A stretch of DNA of 64,000 nt from IMG/VR virus record IMGVR_UViG_3300050021_000500, positions 1 to 64,000 of that record, one strand, 5' to 3'. The notes below the pieces were generated by a model. It saw only the letters and a list, made by a program, of their open reading frames with translations. It did not search any database and was not told where the DNA came from. Below are positions 35,559 to 45,049 of this stretch, one piece after another (positions within the stretch are counted from its first letter, which is position 1; every line of letters starts with the position of its first letter). Origin of the DNA: a virus. Position numbers and translations under genes: made by a program.

Positions 35559-36173
35559 ATGCGCGCCGCCGTCTATGCCCGCGTCTCCACCACCGATCAA
35601 ACGTGCGCGCTCCAACTCGCCGAGCTGCGAACTTACGTGCAGGCCCGCGGTTGGGATCTCGCCGGTGAGTACGTCGACACCGGCTGGTCTGGTGCCAAAG
35701 CATCCCGGCCGGAATTGGACCGGCTCATGCGGGACGCGCGCAAGCGCAGCGTGGACTGCGTCCTGGTCTGGAAACTTGACCGGTGGGCGCGCTCCGTCTC
35801 CCACCTGGTGAGCAGCCTCGAGGAGTTGAAAGGCCTCGGCGTGCGTTGGATTGCCGCGACGCAGAATCTGGATACCGACGAGTCCAACCCTGTGGGCCGG
35901 CTCATGACGCACCTCTTGGGAGCGGTGGCGGAGTTCGAGCGGGAGATGATTCGCGAGCGCACCTTAGCGGGGCTGGCCTACGCGCGGTCCAAGGGTCGTG
36001 TGGGGGGCCGGCCGGCAAAAGTCTTCGACCGCCAGCGTGCCCGGGATATGCGCAGCCAGAATCCACCGGTGAGCTGGCGCACTATCGCCCGCGAGTTGGG
36101 GATACCTCAGTCCTCGATCCGGCAGGCGCTCGGGGGTGTGCGTAAAACCCCTCCGCAAAAACCGCGAAAGTGA
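35559..36173 (+). CDS. Serine resolvase/invertase 2
   Basis: YARVST.DQ, WKLDRWARS, AEFERE.IRERT.AG, GRP, HTH. Confidence 0.95.
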   Translation: MRAAVYARVSTTDQTCALQLAELRTYVQARGWDLAGEYVDTGWSGAKASRPELDRLMRDARKRSVDCVLVWKLDRWARSVSHLVSSLEELKGLGVRWIAATQNLDTDESNPVGRLMTHLLGAVAEFEREMIRERTLAGLAYARSKGRVGGRPAKVFDRQRARDMRSQNPPVSWRTIARELGIPQSSIRQALGGVRKTPPQKPRK

Positions 36174-37213
36174 GCGCCAGTTAAAGCCTGACGTTTGGCC
36201 GGTTGCGGGGTGCGGTCCTTACCGTTTGTCGCACACCTGGAAACTCCGGCATCCGCGATCGCTGCGAGAAGCGCTCGTTTCTTCAGTGGCGGCATGCGTT
36301 CGAGCTTTCCGGCCCAGCTTGCGATCTGCCGCTTGAGGTCCTGGCGCTGGCGCGTGTTCTCGCCCAAAAATTGGTAATCGTGCAACTCCACGGGTTCGGC
36401 AAAGTTGAACCAGAGCCATTCGGTTGCCATCCCGCCCCGCGTCATCGCCTCGAAGTGGATGCAGTTCCACCGTTTCAGCCTGAAGGTGTACATCTCAGAC
36501 CAATACCCCGAAATCATCACCCGGCACGGCAATTCCAGAATGGTGGCCAACAACTCCGCGTGCTGCTCGTCGCTCATTTCGTGGCGGTAGAGTCGCCCAC
36601 CGGAACGCGTTTCCATCAAGTAGGGTGGATCGCAATAGATTAGGTCGGTAGGCTGGAACGGGTACGACGCCAGGAAGGTGAGGCCGTCGCCGCGGAGGAA
36701 CCGAAAGCTCGATCGACCAGCGGCGGATCCACAATCGGCGAGACTGCCGCCGGAGTACTCCGGTACCGGAGCGGCGATTGCGCCGCCGACGGCAGCCGTC
36801 CTTGATCGGCCAGCGGTGAACCTACCGCCGGAGGCCTTCAGCGGCGGATATGCCGCCTGGTGATGGGCACCGCTTCCTGGAACTGACGGCGGACCAACCG
36901 CTCCCGGATACAGCGGCAAACCTGCCGCGCCCACCAGGTCGCGCCAAGCTGCTCCCCCCGGCTTTTCCGCCGTTCCTCGAGCCCCGGCGCTTTCGCCGCT
37001 CAGGTCCTTGACGGCGTTTTCGCCCGTATGCGATCGCCACGACGCGATTACCTCCGCATCCAGGTCCACGCCGATGTTGTACGCCGCCGGCCGCTTTAGC
37101 CGCATTACCGCACCCCCGCCGAGGAACGGTTCGCAGTAAACCGGATGCGGCGGCATAAGATTGATCAGCCGGTGATAGACCCCCGGTCCGGATTTTCCAC
37201 CTGGATAGCCCAT
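36107..37213 (-). CDS. Dam-type (D12 class) N6-adenine DNA methyltransferase with central low-complexity insertion
   Basis: YPGGK, EPFLGGG, DPPY. Confidence 0.9.
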   Translation of the reverse strand: MGYPGGKSGPGVYHRLINLMPPHPVYCEPFLGGGAVMRLKRPAAYNIGVDLDAEVIASWRSHTGENAVKDLSGESAGARGTAEKPGGAAWRDLVGAAGLPLYPGAVGPPSVPGSGAHHQAAYPPLKASGGRFTAGRSRTAAVGGAIAAPVPEYSGGSLADCGSAAGRSSFRFLRGDGLTFLASYPFQPTDLIYCDPPYLMETRSGGRLYRHEMSDEQHAELLATILELPCRVMISGYWSEMYTFRLKRWNCIHFEAMTRGGMATEWLWFNFAEPVELHDYQFLGENTRQRQDLKRQIASWAGKLERMPPLKKRALLAAIADAGVSRCATNGKDRTPQPAKRQALTGAHFRGFCGGVLRTPPSACRIED

Positions 37214-37285
37214 GGGATCCAGAATCGGCGAAAACGCCGCTGATGTCAAGTAGGCAGGTTCCCGCACACCGCTCACGCCGCCCTG

Positions 37286-38500
37286 CTATTGCACCGGGTG
37301 GATCGTCGGCACGGTTTCCAATTCATCCTCCACATTGACCGCCATCGGCGGCAACCACTTCAGCACCAGTTTGCGATCCGGCGCCAGCATCCCCACCTTG
37401 GCCTTCGGGCCAGTCCAGAACGAATGCCAGTGCGCGCGCCGGATATGGGCCCGCGGACTGGCATGAGTGCCGTCGCCTGGTTTCCTCTGCTCCTGTTCGC
37501 GGGCATGGCGGATAGCGGCGCCCAGGCGGAAGCCGACATCCCACGCCGCGGGCTTCTCGGCCGGGAACATCCGCATGCCGTCCTTGGTCTTCGTCAGCGT
37601 CGGCTTCGAGGGCCGCAAGCGTCCGGTGTCCCGCTGGCACATCTCGGCGTTGGTCGAGCAGAGGTAGAGGACCAGGCTGATGAGCGGGGCGAGATCGGCC
37701 GCGCCATATTGCATCTCGTGGGCGATGCGGTCCGTCTCCTCGTTGATGGGCGAGTACTTTTCCCGATAGGCGCGATAATCCGCCTCCATGTCGGCAAGCG
37801 CCTCTGGGAGCGACCCGCGCAAGGTCAGGGGGATGATTTTCAGCGCGGATCCTGCGATATCCAGGCCCAGGCGCAAATGATGCTCGCCCTTGTTGACGTA
37901 ATCCAGATGCGCGAAAAATCCGTCGATAGGCTCGCCCGTCGATGAAAGCCTGCGGGCCGGCGTCTCAATGTATACGCACCACTCCGGAATCTGGTGCAAC
38001 GCTTCCACCGGGAGTTGGCCGTCGATTGGCGTCTCCCACAGCGCCTCAAAAATGGTCGGGTCATAACGGTAGATGCCCTGCGTCGTCCGCCATGCGCCGA
38101 AAAGTGCAAGCCCGTGGACGTGGCCGGCGAGGGAAGGGCTGAGTGGGGTGAGCCTCGGGACGGCTCCCGTGGCGCTTTGCTGAACCTGCATGTAGGCGCC
38201 CAGCACCGACACGGGAAGAAAGCACCAGGACGGCCAATCGCTGATACGATTCCGCCGCATCGCATCCAGTGCGCGCCAGGTGTTCGGAGACACCCTAGAA
38301 TAATCGGCGACCATCCGGCAAAGTCGCTCGGCGGTTTCGTCCCGTTTGGGCGGCTTGGGCACCTCGGGTGCGACCGGCCCCGCCTGGAGCGCTTTCCGCT
38401 CCGCGCGCATCTTCGTGCAGGCCGGGCAGAGGCCTCCGATCCACTGCCCGGCTATCGGCTCCATCAGTTTGCAATCAATGCAGCCGTGGCGCTTCACCAT
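37286..38500 (-). CDS. AcrVA2/FinQ-family protein (anti-CRISPR-like)
   Basis: LFGAWRTTQGIY, IPEWCVYI, GF.A..D, LYLC, VG.RLG..IR, PRAHIRRAHWHSFW. Confidence 0.85.
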   Translation of the reverse strand: MVKRHGCIDCKLMEPIAGQWIGGLCPACTKMRAERKALQAGPVAPEVPKPPKRDETAERLCRMVADYSRVSPNTWRALDAMRRNRISDWPSWCFLPVSVLGAYMQVQQSATGAVPRLTPLSPSLAGHVHGLALFGAWRTTQGIYRYDPTIFEALWETPIDGQLPVEALHQIPEWCVYIETPARRLSSTGEPIDGFFAHLDYVNKGEHHLRLGLDIAGSALKIIPLTLRGSLPEALADMEADYRAYREKYSPINEETDRIAHEMQYGAADLAPLISLVLYLCSTNAEMCQRDTGRLRPSKPTLTKTKDGMRMFPAEKPAAWDVGFRLGAAIRHAREQEQRKPGDGTHASPRAHIRRAHWHSFWTGPKAKVGMLAPDRKLVLKWLPPMAVNVEDELETVPTIHPVQ

Positions 38501-38654
38501 CCACCGCCTTCCCAATCGCTCCAGAAGCCGGGCACCTGGGGGACGCACGCCATCTTGCGCCGTTGCGCCAGATCGCGCAGCCGGACGGCTTGCGCCTCCA
38601 CGATGAGCGCAAGCCGAAATGCGAAGTACCAGAAGAAGTAGGACCGCCGCATAA

Positions 38655-39755
38655 TCAGACCTTGATCCGCCGGGTAAACTGGAACGGCCCTGAGGGGATC
38701 GTCACCAGCGCGTGGTACTCGGTCGGGCCGGGTTGGTCTTCGGGATCCATGACCCCATCCTCATCCCGCGTGCAATTGAGAACCTTGCGGAATTCGACGG
38801 TGGACCCATCCGGCAACATCAGACGTGGGTTAGGGAGATTTACTTCCGGGTCCGGAGGGGCCTGCATGTGCTTCCATCGCGCGTATACGGCGGGCGGGAT
38901 GCAATCGACGCCAGAGTCACCGCACGGGCAATCGTTATCCTGGCAGACCACGGAATCCGGGCACTCCGCCGGCAGCCCGGCGGCATCCAGCGCGGCGTTG
39001 GCCATGCGGCTGATGACGGTCTTGCGGCAGAGGAGATCCTCGGCGTACTGCTGCTGGAGTAGCGCGTCACCGGAGGCGGCGACGAATGCGGCGATGGCGT
39101 CGGTCTTGGCTTGCTCCAGAGCAGCGTCAGCCGCGTCCTTGCGCGCTTTCTCTTCGGCGCACTTCCGGGCATAGATCGCGCTCTTCTCTTTTTCGGCCGC
39201 CAGAAACTCCGCGAAGCGGCGCGACGCTTCGGCGACATAAGCTGTCGCCATATCATCCGTCCGGTCGCTGATGTCGGTATAGGCGACGTGGCGGCGATCA
39301 TACTCGGAGGTGACCGGCTTGTCCGACGCCAGGAATTCCCGGATCGCGGCATCGGTCTTATCCACCTTGGCCTGTTCCGCCGCGGCCAATTTCGAGATGC
39401 CGCTCTTGACCAGCGCCAGGATGTCGGCTTGTGCATCCGGGATCAGGGGGATATCCAAGCCGTAATGGCTCCCCGAGGCTCCCTTGTACCACTGCCGGCC
39501 TTCCTCGCAGCCAGCCGCCAGAAGCGCTTTGTACTGCGGGACGGTCACGTTGATGACTTGCGCGTCTTCCTTCCGCGTGGCAGCGGGGCAGAGGTTGAGG
39601 TACGGCATGCCGTCGTCGGTGACCTGCATGAGCGCGAGGTCCTCAGTGGGCACCTCTACACTAATGGATTGTTTGCGCGCTACCGGCTGGCCAGTGGCCG
39701 CCATCTGCGCTCTCTGTGCCTGCTCGGTGAGCAGATAAGTGATCGTTGCTTGCAT
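38655..39755 (-). CDS. Hypothetical protein
   Basis: 366 aa; AAGGAG RBS just downstream of the ribozyme cut site. Confidence 0.7.
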   Translation of the reverse strand: MQATITYLLTEQAQRAQMAATGQPVARKQSISVEVPTEDLALMQVTDDGMPYLNLCPAATRKEDAQVINVTVPQYKALLAAGCEEGRQWYKGASGSHYGLDIPLIPDAQADILALVKSGISKLAAAEQAKVDKTDAAIREFLASDKPVTSEYDRRHVAYTDISDRTDDMATAYVAEASRRFAEFLAAEKEKSAIYARKCAEEKARKDAADAALEQAKTDAIAAFVAASGDALLQQQYAEDLLCRKTVISRMANAALDAAGLPAECPDSVVCQDNDCPCGDSGVDCIPPAVYARWKHMQAPPDPEVNLPNPRLMLPDGSTVEFRKVLNCTRDEDGVMDPEDQPGPTEYHALVTIPSGPFQFTRRIKV

Positions 39756-39768
39756 GGTGTTGCTCCTT

Positions 39769-39828
39769 TGGGCTGTGCCCGACGCCTCACGGCGTTTCGT
39801 CCCCGGCCCAGGGGGACTCGTCAGGGGC
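39769..39828 (-). ncRNA. Hammerhead ribozyme (type I, with loop-II pseudoknot)
   Basis: GCCC-CUGACGA-GUCCCC(CUGGGCC)GGGGAC-GAAA-CGCC(GUGA)GGCG-UC^GGGC; loop UGGGC complementary to downstream GCCCA. Confidence 0.9.
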
Positions 39829-40094
39829 TATGCGGCACAGGCGAGCGCGATCCAATCCGCTCCGACCTGCACGCGCCTGGTGCTCGCGTGGTACCACGTC
39901 GGCCAGCGATAGGCCGAGGGGTGCCGTACGATGGTCTTGCCGCTCGGGGTCGTCCAGTAGTAGGACTCGCCGGCCGTGCGCGGTGCGAGCGCGATGCCGG
40001 GGATAACCTCGATGTGGATGTTGGCTTGGGGCTGGTTTGCCGAGCGCAGGATCGCGCGGCGAATGGTGGGGGTAATCGTCGAATTATTGGTCAC
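39828..40094 (-). CDS. Hypothetical protein
   Basis: AAGGAG RBS; first gene of cassette. Confidence 0.6.
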   Translation of the reverse strand: MTNNSTITPTIRRAILRSANQPQANIHIEVIPGIALAPRTAGESYYWTTPSGKTIVRHPSAYRWPTWYHASTRRVQVGADWIALACAA

Positions 40095-40164
40095 TGTGTG
40101 ACTCCTTTTTGCGGCCGATGGCCGCGGGGTGCTTCTGGCCGGGTGTCCCGGTCCCTTATTGCAT

Positions 40165-40246
40165 TTTCAGAATATCAGCTTCCGGCACACTTTGTCAAGC
40201 ACAAAATTAATAATTATTTTTGCCTCTCCTGGCCTATACTGGGGGC
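40165..40246. promoter_or_regulatory. Divergent promoters
   Basis: Leftward TTGACA...TATTCT; rightward TATACT 6 nt before ATG (leaderless); AT-rich dyad between. Confidence 0.6.
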
Positions 40247-40564
40247 ATGGCCAGGCCATCCACCCTCACCCCCGCGCAGCTCGCCAAAATCCACGCCATG
40301 GGCCGGCGCGGCGTCCTCCAGCGGGATATCGCGCAGGCGGTCGGGCTGACGGCCCCGCGCATCTCCCAGATCCTGGCCGGCACCGGGAAACGGGCCAAGC
40401 GCGGCGGTGCGGCGGCGGTCGAGCGTGATCGGGCCATCCGGCTCGCGGCGGCGATAGTTCCAGTCCGCGACCTGGCGGACCAGCACCACCTCACCCGAGC
40501 CCGGATCTACCAGATCCTCGCCCCTCACGCCGCCGCAGCCAGGCGCCCCGCCATCCGGTCGTAG
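40247..40564 (+). CDS. Double-HTH repressor (Aca-like position)
   Basis: QRDIAQAVGLTAPRISQIL and RDLADQHHLTRARIYQIL. Confidence 0.75.
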   Translation: MARPSTLTPAQLAKIHAMGRRGVLQRDIAQAVGLTAPRISQILAGTGKRAKRGGAAAVERDRAIRLAAAIVPVRDLADQHHLTRARIYQILAPHAAAARRPAIRS

Positions 40565-41038
40565 ACGGCGCAGAGTACGGCCTTCCTCACTGCCGGCGGC
40601 TCCGGCGCCAGCGCCGACTCGATGGCCGCCAGGACCTGTTCGCTGACTTCCCGGCCGCGGTTGTAAGGCCCGAATAGCCGGCTCACGCAAAATCAAGGCC
40701 CACTCGGAACCCACAGCCAGCGCCCGCGCGATCTCCCGCCAGTCTCTGGCCACCCGGTCGTAGCGCCACAGAATCCAGAGATTCTCCCGCTCCCGGTTGC
40801 GTTGGCGCCAAGTGCCTTGCGGGCCGGCAAACTCCAGCGCGGCGGGATGCTCTCGGAGTTCGGCGGCTAGAATCTGGCCGCCCGGCTGAAATAGGGCGCC
40901 GTGGAAGCCCGCCGCGCTCCAGGCGTCTGGTTCGACCTGGGTGAGCATTCGGACGTGGGTGAATTGCCGCCGGTTCTCAGGGCACGTATTCGGTAATCGG
41001 ATCATTTTGTCGATTTCGGTGATATTGTTGTTTTGCAT
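40525..41038 (-). pseudogene. Frameshifted hypothetical gene
   Basis: Frame runs into antisense junk after LQPRP; plausible helical C-terminus (RGREVSEQVLAAIES...AAAA*) in another frame. Confidence 0.45.
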
Positions 41039-41139
41039 GATCGCCACCTCATTGGCGTCCTGCTGGGGTCCGTGCTGTTGATAGCAGCGCGGGCCCCGCT
41101 TCGTTTTCGATATTCCACCCAAACAGGCATTCGGTCAAG

Positions 41140-41460
41140 CGGGTAGTGTACCGGGTGGGGTGTACCAGGTACGTACTCCCGGTGCTGGGTTGGTTTTAAA
41201 AGAAACGAACAAAAAGAGGGAAGGGATCTTCTCTCATCATCTTCGGGGTTGGATTGGAAATGATAATGATGAGAGAAGAGCGCCCCCTCTTTCTTCTTAT
41301 TACTTCTTCTTCTGTCCGACGCGCGCGTTCCTTATATATAGGGCCGGAGAAAGCGTTCTGTACAATTTGAAATCGGACTTCGTACGAAGTGGAAAAGGGT
41401 CTGTACGAAGTCCCTTATTTTTTCTCTTGACGATTAGCATCAATCGGACGTACTATACCG
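41140..41460. promoter_or_regulatory. AT-rich non-coding region with dyads and GTAC repeats (origin/operator candidate) and rightward promoter
   Basis: 14-bp IR TCTTCTCTCATCAT/ATGATGAGAGAAGA; ACTTCGTACGAAGT palindrome; TTGACG-N18-TACTAT. Confidence 0.5.
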
Positions 41461-41465
41461 ATTGG

Positions 41466-41651
41466 ATGTCTACCCCCACCAAACACCCAAAACGCCGCTG
41501 GAGGAAAGTTCCCCTGGCGGAGCGCCGGCGCCTGATGGCGGAGCTGAATCAGATCCGTACCGATCGCGCCACAGCGCGCAAATTGGCCGAAGCCCTAGAG
41601 CGCGTGCGAGCGGCGGGGTATGAAGTGAAACAGGAAGGGGCGGCGAGTTGA
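41466..41651 (+). CDS. Small basic protein, first of rightward operon
   Basis: Directly after promoter. Confidence 0.55.
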   Translation: MSTPTKHPKRRWRKVPLAERRRLMAELNQIRTDRATARKLAEALERVRAAGYEVKQEGAAS

Positions 41652-41926
41652 GAACTTCGAAATCTGCTTCCGATAACAAACGGACTTTCGGATGTCGGAT
41701 GCGGATGACGAATATTATGTCAACTTTTGGCGCAATATCCGTTACCAGAAGCATTGGCCGCGCGAGACCGCCTCCCAATGCTTTCTCGTCGCTGCTTCTA
41801 TCTTGGCGGAACGGAGCAGCAATAAGCCAACGCGCTGGAGAGACGACGCGACCTACCTTGATTGTGCCGTAGAACCCCTCCAAGCGCAAACCTTTTCTAA
41901 TGGTCCTGAAAGGAGTTTGCATTCCC

Positions 41927-42175
41927 ATGAGTTCCAAGAGATCCATTGCGCCTGTACGCCCCCGCTACAGCGTCCGCACTGACGGCCCCGCGGGTATCGA
42001 AGAAATCGGCATCGGCACCGACCTGAACGCGGAGATCGCGTTCGCCCGAAGGCATCACGGCGCCACCCGGCAGAAAACCTGGATCTGGGACATCCGCACG
42101 GGTATGACGGTGCATCGGATCGAGCGCGGTGAGGCCACACAGCAGTTTTTCCCAGCGCGAGGAGCCACCATATGA
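41927..42175 (+). CDS. Hypothetical protein
   Basis: AAGGAG RBS. Confidence 0.5.
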   Translation: MSSKRSIAPVRPRYSVRTDGPAGIEEIGIGTDLNAEIAFARRHHGATRQKTWIWDIRTGMTVHRIERGEATQQFFPARGATI

Positions 42176-42263
42176 CGACGTTGGCGGTGGAAAACTTAAA
42201 TATTGGAAACAAAGCACTTATTTTTAAAAGCGTATCTGTACAGACGCTTTTGGGGCCAAGTAA

Positions 42264-43568
42264 ATGAGCGAATTCACGACCCACAAAGAGCTGATGTTGG
42301 CTATGGGGTCCACCAGCGGGACCTACGATCCCACGGCTCCGGAGTGGTATATGCGGCTCATGACCAGCCGCGATCCGGTGGAGCAGGTGATGGGATGGCT
42401 CCAATACCGAACGATTAGGTACCCGATCCACACCCCGTATGCTTCGGACGAATTGGGACGGGTGCTGACGCTGAAAGATGTCGCAGCATTCTTTAAGTGG
42501 ACGACGCGGCATACCCAGAGGGTCTGGGCGCGCATCGAGGCGAAACACTACGCCCGAAAGACCGAAGGCAAACTCTGGCTACGGGCCGATTTCAAGGTCA
42601 AGTACCCGATCCTCACTGAAGACGCGCCCACCGCGAATGTCGTCTCAATCAACCCTACCGAATCCTACCTGGACTCCCTGGCGCCGTACCTGCGCGAGCA
42701 GGTGGCCCAACTCCCGGCCGGCCGCATCGCGGAGCTGGCAGCCCGTTGGACGGCATGGGACCATGCCCGCAAGGATGTGGAGGCGGACGCTATGCAGGCC
42801 GCCCGCGAGAAGATGAAGCCCTACGAGACAGCGCTCTACGGCGAGTACAAGGTCACCGTAAAGAGCCTTCCGGAACGTCAAGAGAGGCGCGCCAAAACGG
42901 CCCACGTCAAGGTGCAGATCGACCTTTTCGACTTCTCGCCACTCCCTCAGAATTCAGCAGTCCAAGATTCGGCGGCCCTAAATCCACTCGGCGCAGAGCA
43001 GGTCTATACCTCCTCGGCTCCCGCTCCCCGCCGTAGGACCGTCGATACCCCTCCAGTGGCCCCAAATCCAAATACTCAGGAGCGAGTTACCAAGGCACCC
43101 AAAGCACCCAAAACCTCCAATAAACGAACTCCTGAGCATGGGGCCACTGAGAAATCTTCCACCATGGGGCGGAGCACCGGCGGAAGCTCGCCTCAGGCGG
43201 GAATCTCGAAGGTCCGGGAGGAAGCGGCGGCCGACTTCCACGACGTGCTGGCTATTCGATTCCACGATGTGGGCGCTGGCATACCGAGCAGAAAGCATAC
43301 CGATCCCCTTTTTGACGCCCTGGGATCGGCCACCGGAGATTTTCTGGACTGGCTTTCGCCGCTTGAATTACAGAGCCGCAAGCCGCGGCACGGCGGAGTG
43401 CTCCCGTCGCTGCTCGAAGAGTTCCAGAAACTGGCGACCATGGGGCCCCGCAGGCCGCTAGCCATGGCCGCTCAGGCAGAGACGCAGCCGAGGGCACGCA
43501 AGCTCGGTTTCGCGGAGGGAGTCATGGCCGAGGCGGAGAGACGCCTCAAAAAATACGGGAGGATCTGA
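42264..43568 (+). CDS. Putative replication initiator (N-terminal winged HTH)
   Basis: LTLKDVAAFFKWTTRHTQR HTH, disordered linker, lambda-O-like layout. Confidence 0.6.
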   Translation: MSEFTTHKELMLAMGSTSGTYDPTAPEWYMRLMTSRDPVEQVMGWLQYRTIRYPIHTPYASDELGRVLTLKDVAAFFKWTTRHTQRVWARIEAKHYARKTEGKLWLRADFKVKYPILTEDAPTANVVSINPTESYLDSLAPYLREQVAQLPAGRIAELAARWTAWDHARKDVEADAMQAAREKMKPYETALYGEYKVTVKSLPERQERRAKTAHVKVQIDLFDFSPLPQNSAVQDSAALNPLGAEQVYTSSAPAPRRRTVDTPPVAPNPNTQERVTKAPKAPKTSNKRTPEHGATEKSSTMGRSTGGSSPQAGISKVREEAAADFHDVLAIRFHDVGAGIPSRKHTDPLFDALGSATGDFLDWLSPLELQSRKPRHGGVLPSLLEEFQKLATMGPRRPLAMAAQAETQPRARKLGFAEGVMAEAERRLKKYGRI

Positions 43569-44116
43569 TGCTCGATACGCCGCGGGTCTTGGAACTGCTC
43601 GGAGGTCTCACGTTGCTAAACTTCTTCCCCTCCGACGTAGGTTCCCGGTTGGAACTCGCAAAGTTGGTCGGGCGCATGGCGGCCTCGGAAGATCAGGTCG
43701 AATGGTTGGTCCATCGGACCTTGGGCCTGTGCAATGAGTGGCCGGGTCCGTTGGTACTCCGGCAGATTTTCTGCGCCAGGTTTCGGCCACAGGACGGGAT
43801 CGAAGCCGGAAGTACGGCGGCATTCCCGGATGGTCCGCCACCGGAGAGAAGGATTGAGGCTCCATCCTATGCCCAGTTGCCGCCCGGGCGTAAAGTGAGT
43901 GCCGATCCTGAATTGGATCGCTTGGTCTGCGAACTGGCGAGGGGAAAAGATCTCAACGCGGTCGTGCGGATAGAGCGAAAGCCGTTCACTGATGCGGATA
44001 TGGAGGAATTGCGGCGGCGCCGGCGGGAATGGCTGCAAGAGGAGCGCCGCCGCGACCCGATCGTGAACCCGTTGACCGAGGCGGATATCCTAACTGCCGG
44101 GGGGAGACCTCGATGA
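43568..44116 (+). CDS. Putative helicase-loader/inhibitor-like protein
   Basis: Coupled to initiator; ..C.EWP...LRQ motif. Confidence 0.5.
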   Translation: MLDTPRVLELLGGLTLLNFFPSDVGSRLELAKLVGRMAASEDQVEWLVHRTLGLCNEWPGPLVLRQIFCARFRPQDGIEAGSTAAFPDGPPPERRIEAPSYAQLPPGRKVSADPELDRLVCELARGKDLNAVVRIERKPFTDADMEELRRRRREWLQEERRRDPIVNPLTEADILTAGGRPR

Positions 44117-44319
44117 TTGAGCCCCTTCGCCCCACCGAAAGGTACATTGAGCGCCGGGTTGAGTTCCACGAATCGGGCGCCGAGTTTTACCGCCAACATC
44201 AGCAGAGCGTGCTTGAGGCCTGGTCGCGGCAGATGGCCGCAGACTGGCGCCGGAAGTTGCCCCAAGAACCGCGGCCAGCACATGACGGTAAGATGCTTGC
44301 CGCCGGGGAGGCTGCCTGA
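44113..44319 (+). CDS. Hypothetical protein
   Basis: Ends HDGKMLAAGE like 47252..47515. Confidence 0.55.
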   Translation: MIEPLRPTERYIERRVEFHESGAEFYRQHQQSVLEAWSRQMAADWRRKLPQEPRPAHDGKMLAAGEAA

Positions 44320-44374
44320 TGCCCCGCCCAGCCAAATGCATCACGATTCTTCGGGCGGGGAAACCGGGGAAACG

Positions 44375-45049
44375 ATGAGCGTCCAAGTGTTCTTTGCATT
44401 TTCCAGTGGCCTGTCACGGCCATTGCGCTGCCCGAAGGGCACGTTCGTAAGCATCCTGGCTGCGGTGGCCGAGACGGAACGACGGCTCGGGATCGAGCCC
44501 GGAAAGGAGGGCTGGCACTGGAGTCCGCGCGATAAGGCTCTGGCGGCAATAGAGGATGACAAGTACCTCTGCCAGACCATCGAGCAACATAACGCGTGGG
44601 TACGCCGGCTCTACGAACAGTTCGGCGAATGGGGACGCAAGCCGATAAAGGGCGGTGACTGTATCACGCCCGAGCAAGCACAGTCGTTCTGGCACGCCCT
44701 GGTGGAACTGTTTGTCCCAACTGATCGATGGACGGGCGACTACTATCGCACCCGCATGGACAGCCTCTACAACGTCATGCGGGGGCGAGAGTCGGAAGGT
44801 ATGTCGTTCGACGAGAAGCCGTTGGCCCCAAAGCAAGCGGGCAACGTGATCCGATTGTTTGAGCAATACCTCGATCCCGATGATTTGCGGCTAGACGTGC
44901 CCGTGGGCCACGACGCTCTGTACAGTTCGAGTGACGGAGGCTATGACTGGTGCTCCACCCACGGTCCGATCCACAGCGACGACCTGCCAGCGCACAGCCG
45001 GAAACGCTGCGAACTCGGCAAGGAGCTGAGAGAGGAGTACCGTTCATGA
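44375..45049 (+). CDS. Hypothetical protein
   Basis: 224 aa, operon context. Confidence 0.6.
   Translation: MSVQVFFAFSSGLSRPLRCPKGTFVSILAAVAETERRLGIEPGKEGWHWSPRDKALAAIEDDKYLCQTIEQHNAWVRRLYEQFGEWGRKPIKGGDCITPEQAQSFWHALVELFVPTDRWTGDYYRTRMDSLYNVMRGRESEGMSFDEKPLAPKQAGNVIRLFEQYLDPDDLRLDVPVGHDALYSSSDGGYDWCSTHGPIHSDDLPAHSRKRCELGKELREEYRS

Noticed and set aside
43088-43122. AAGGCACCCA/AAAGCACCCA repeats as replication iterons
   Set aside because: Only two or three short copies, explainable by the KAPKAPK peptide repeat.
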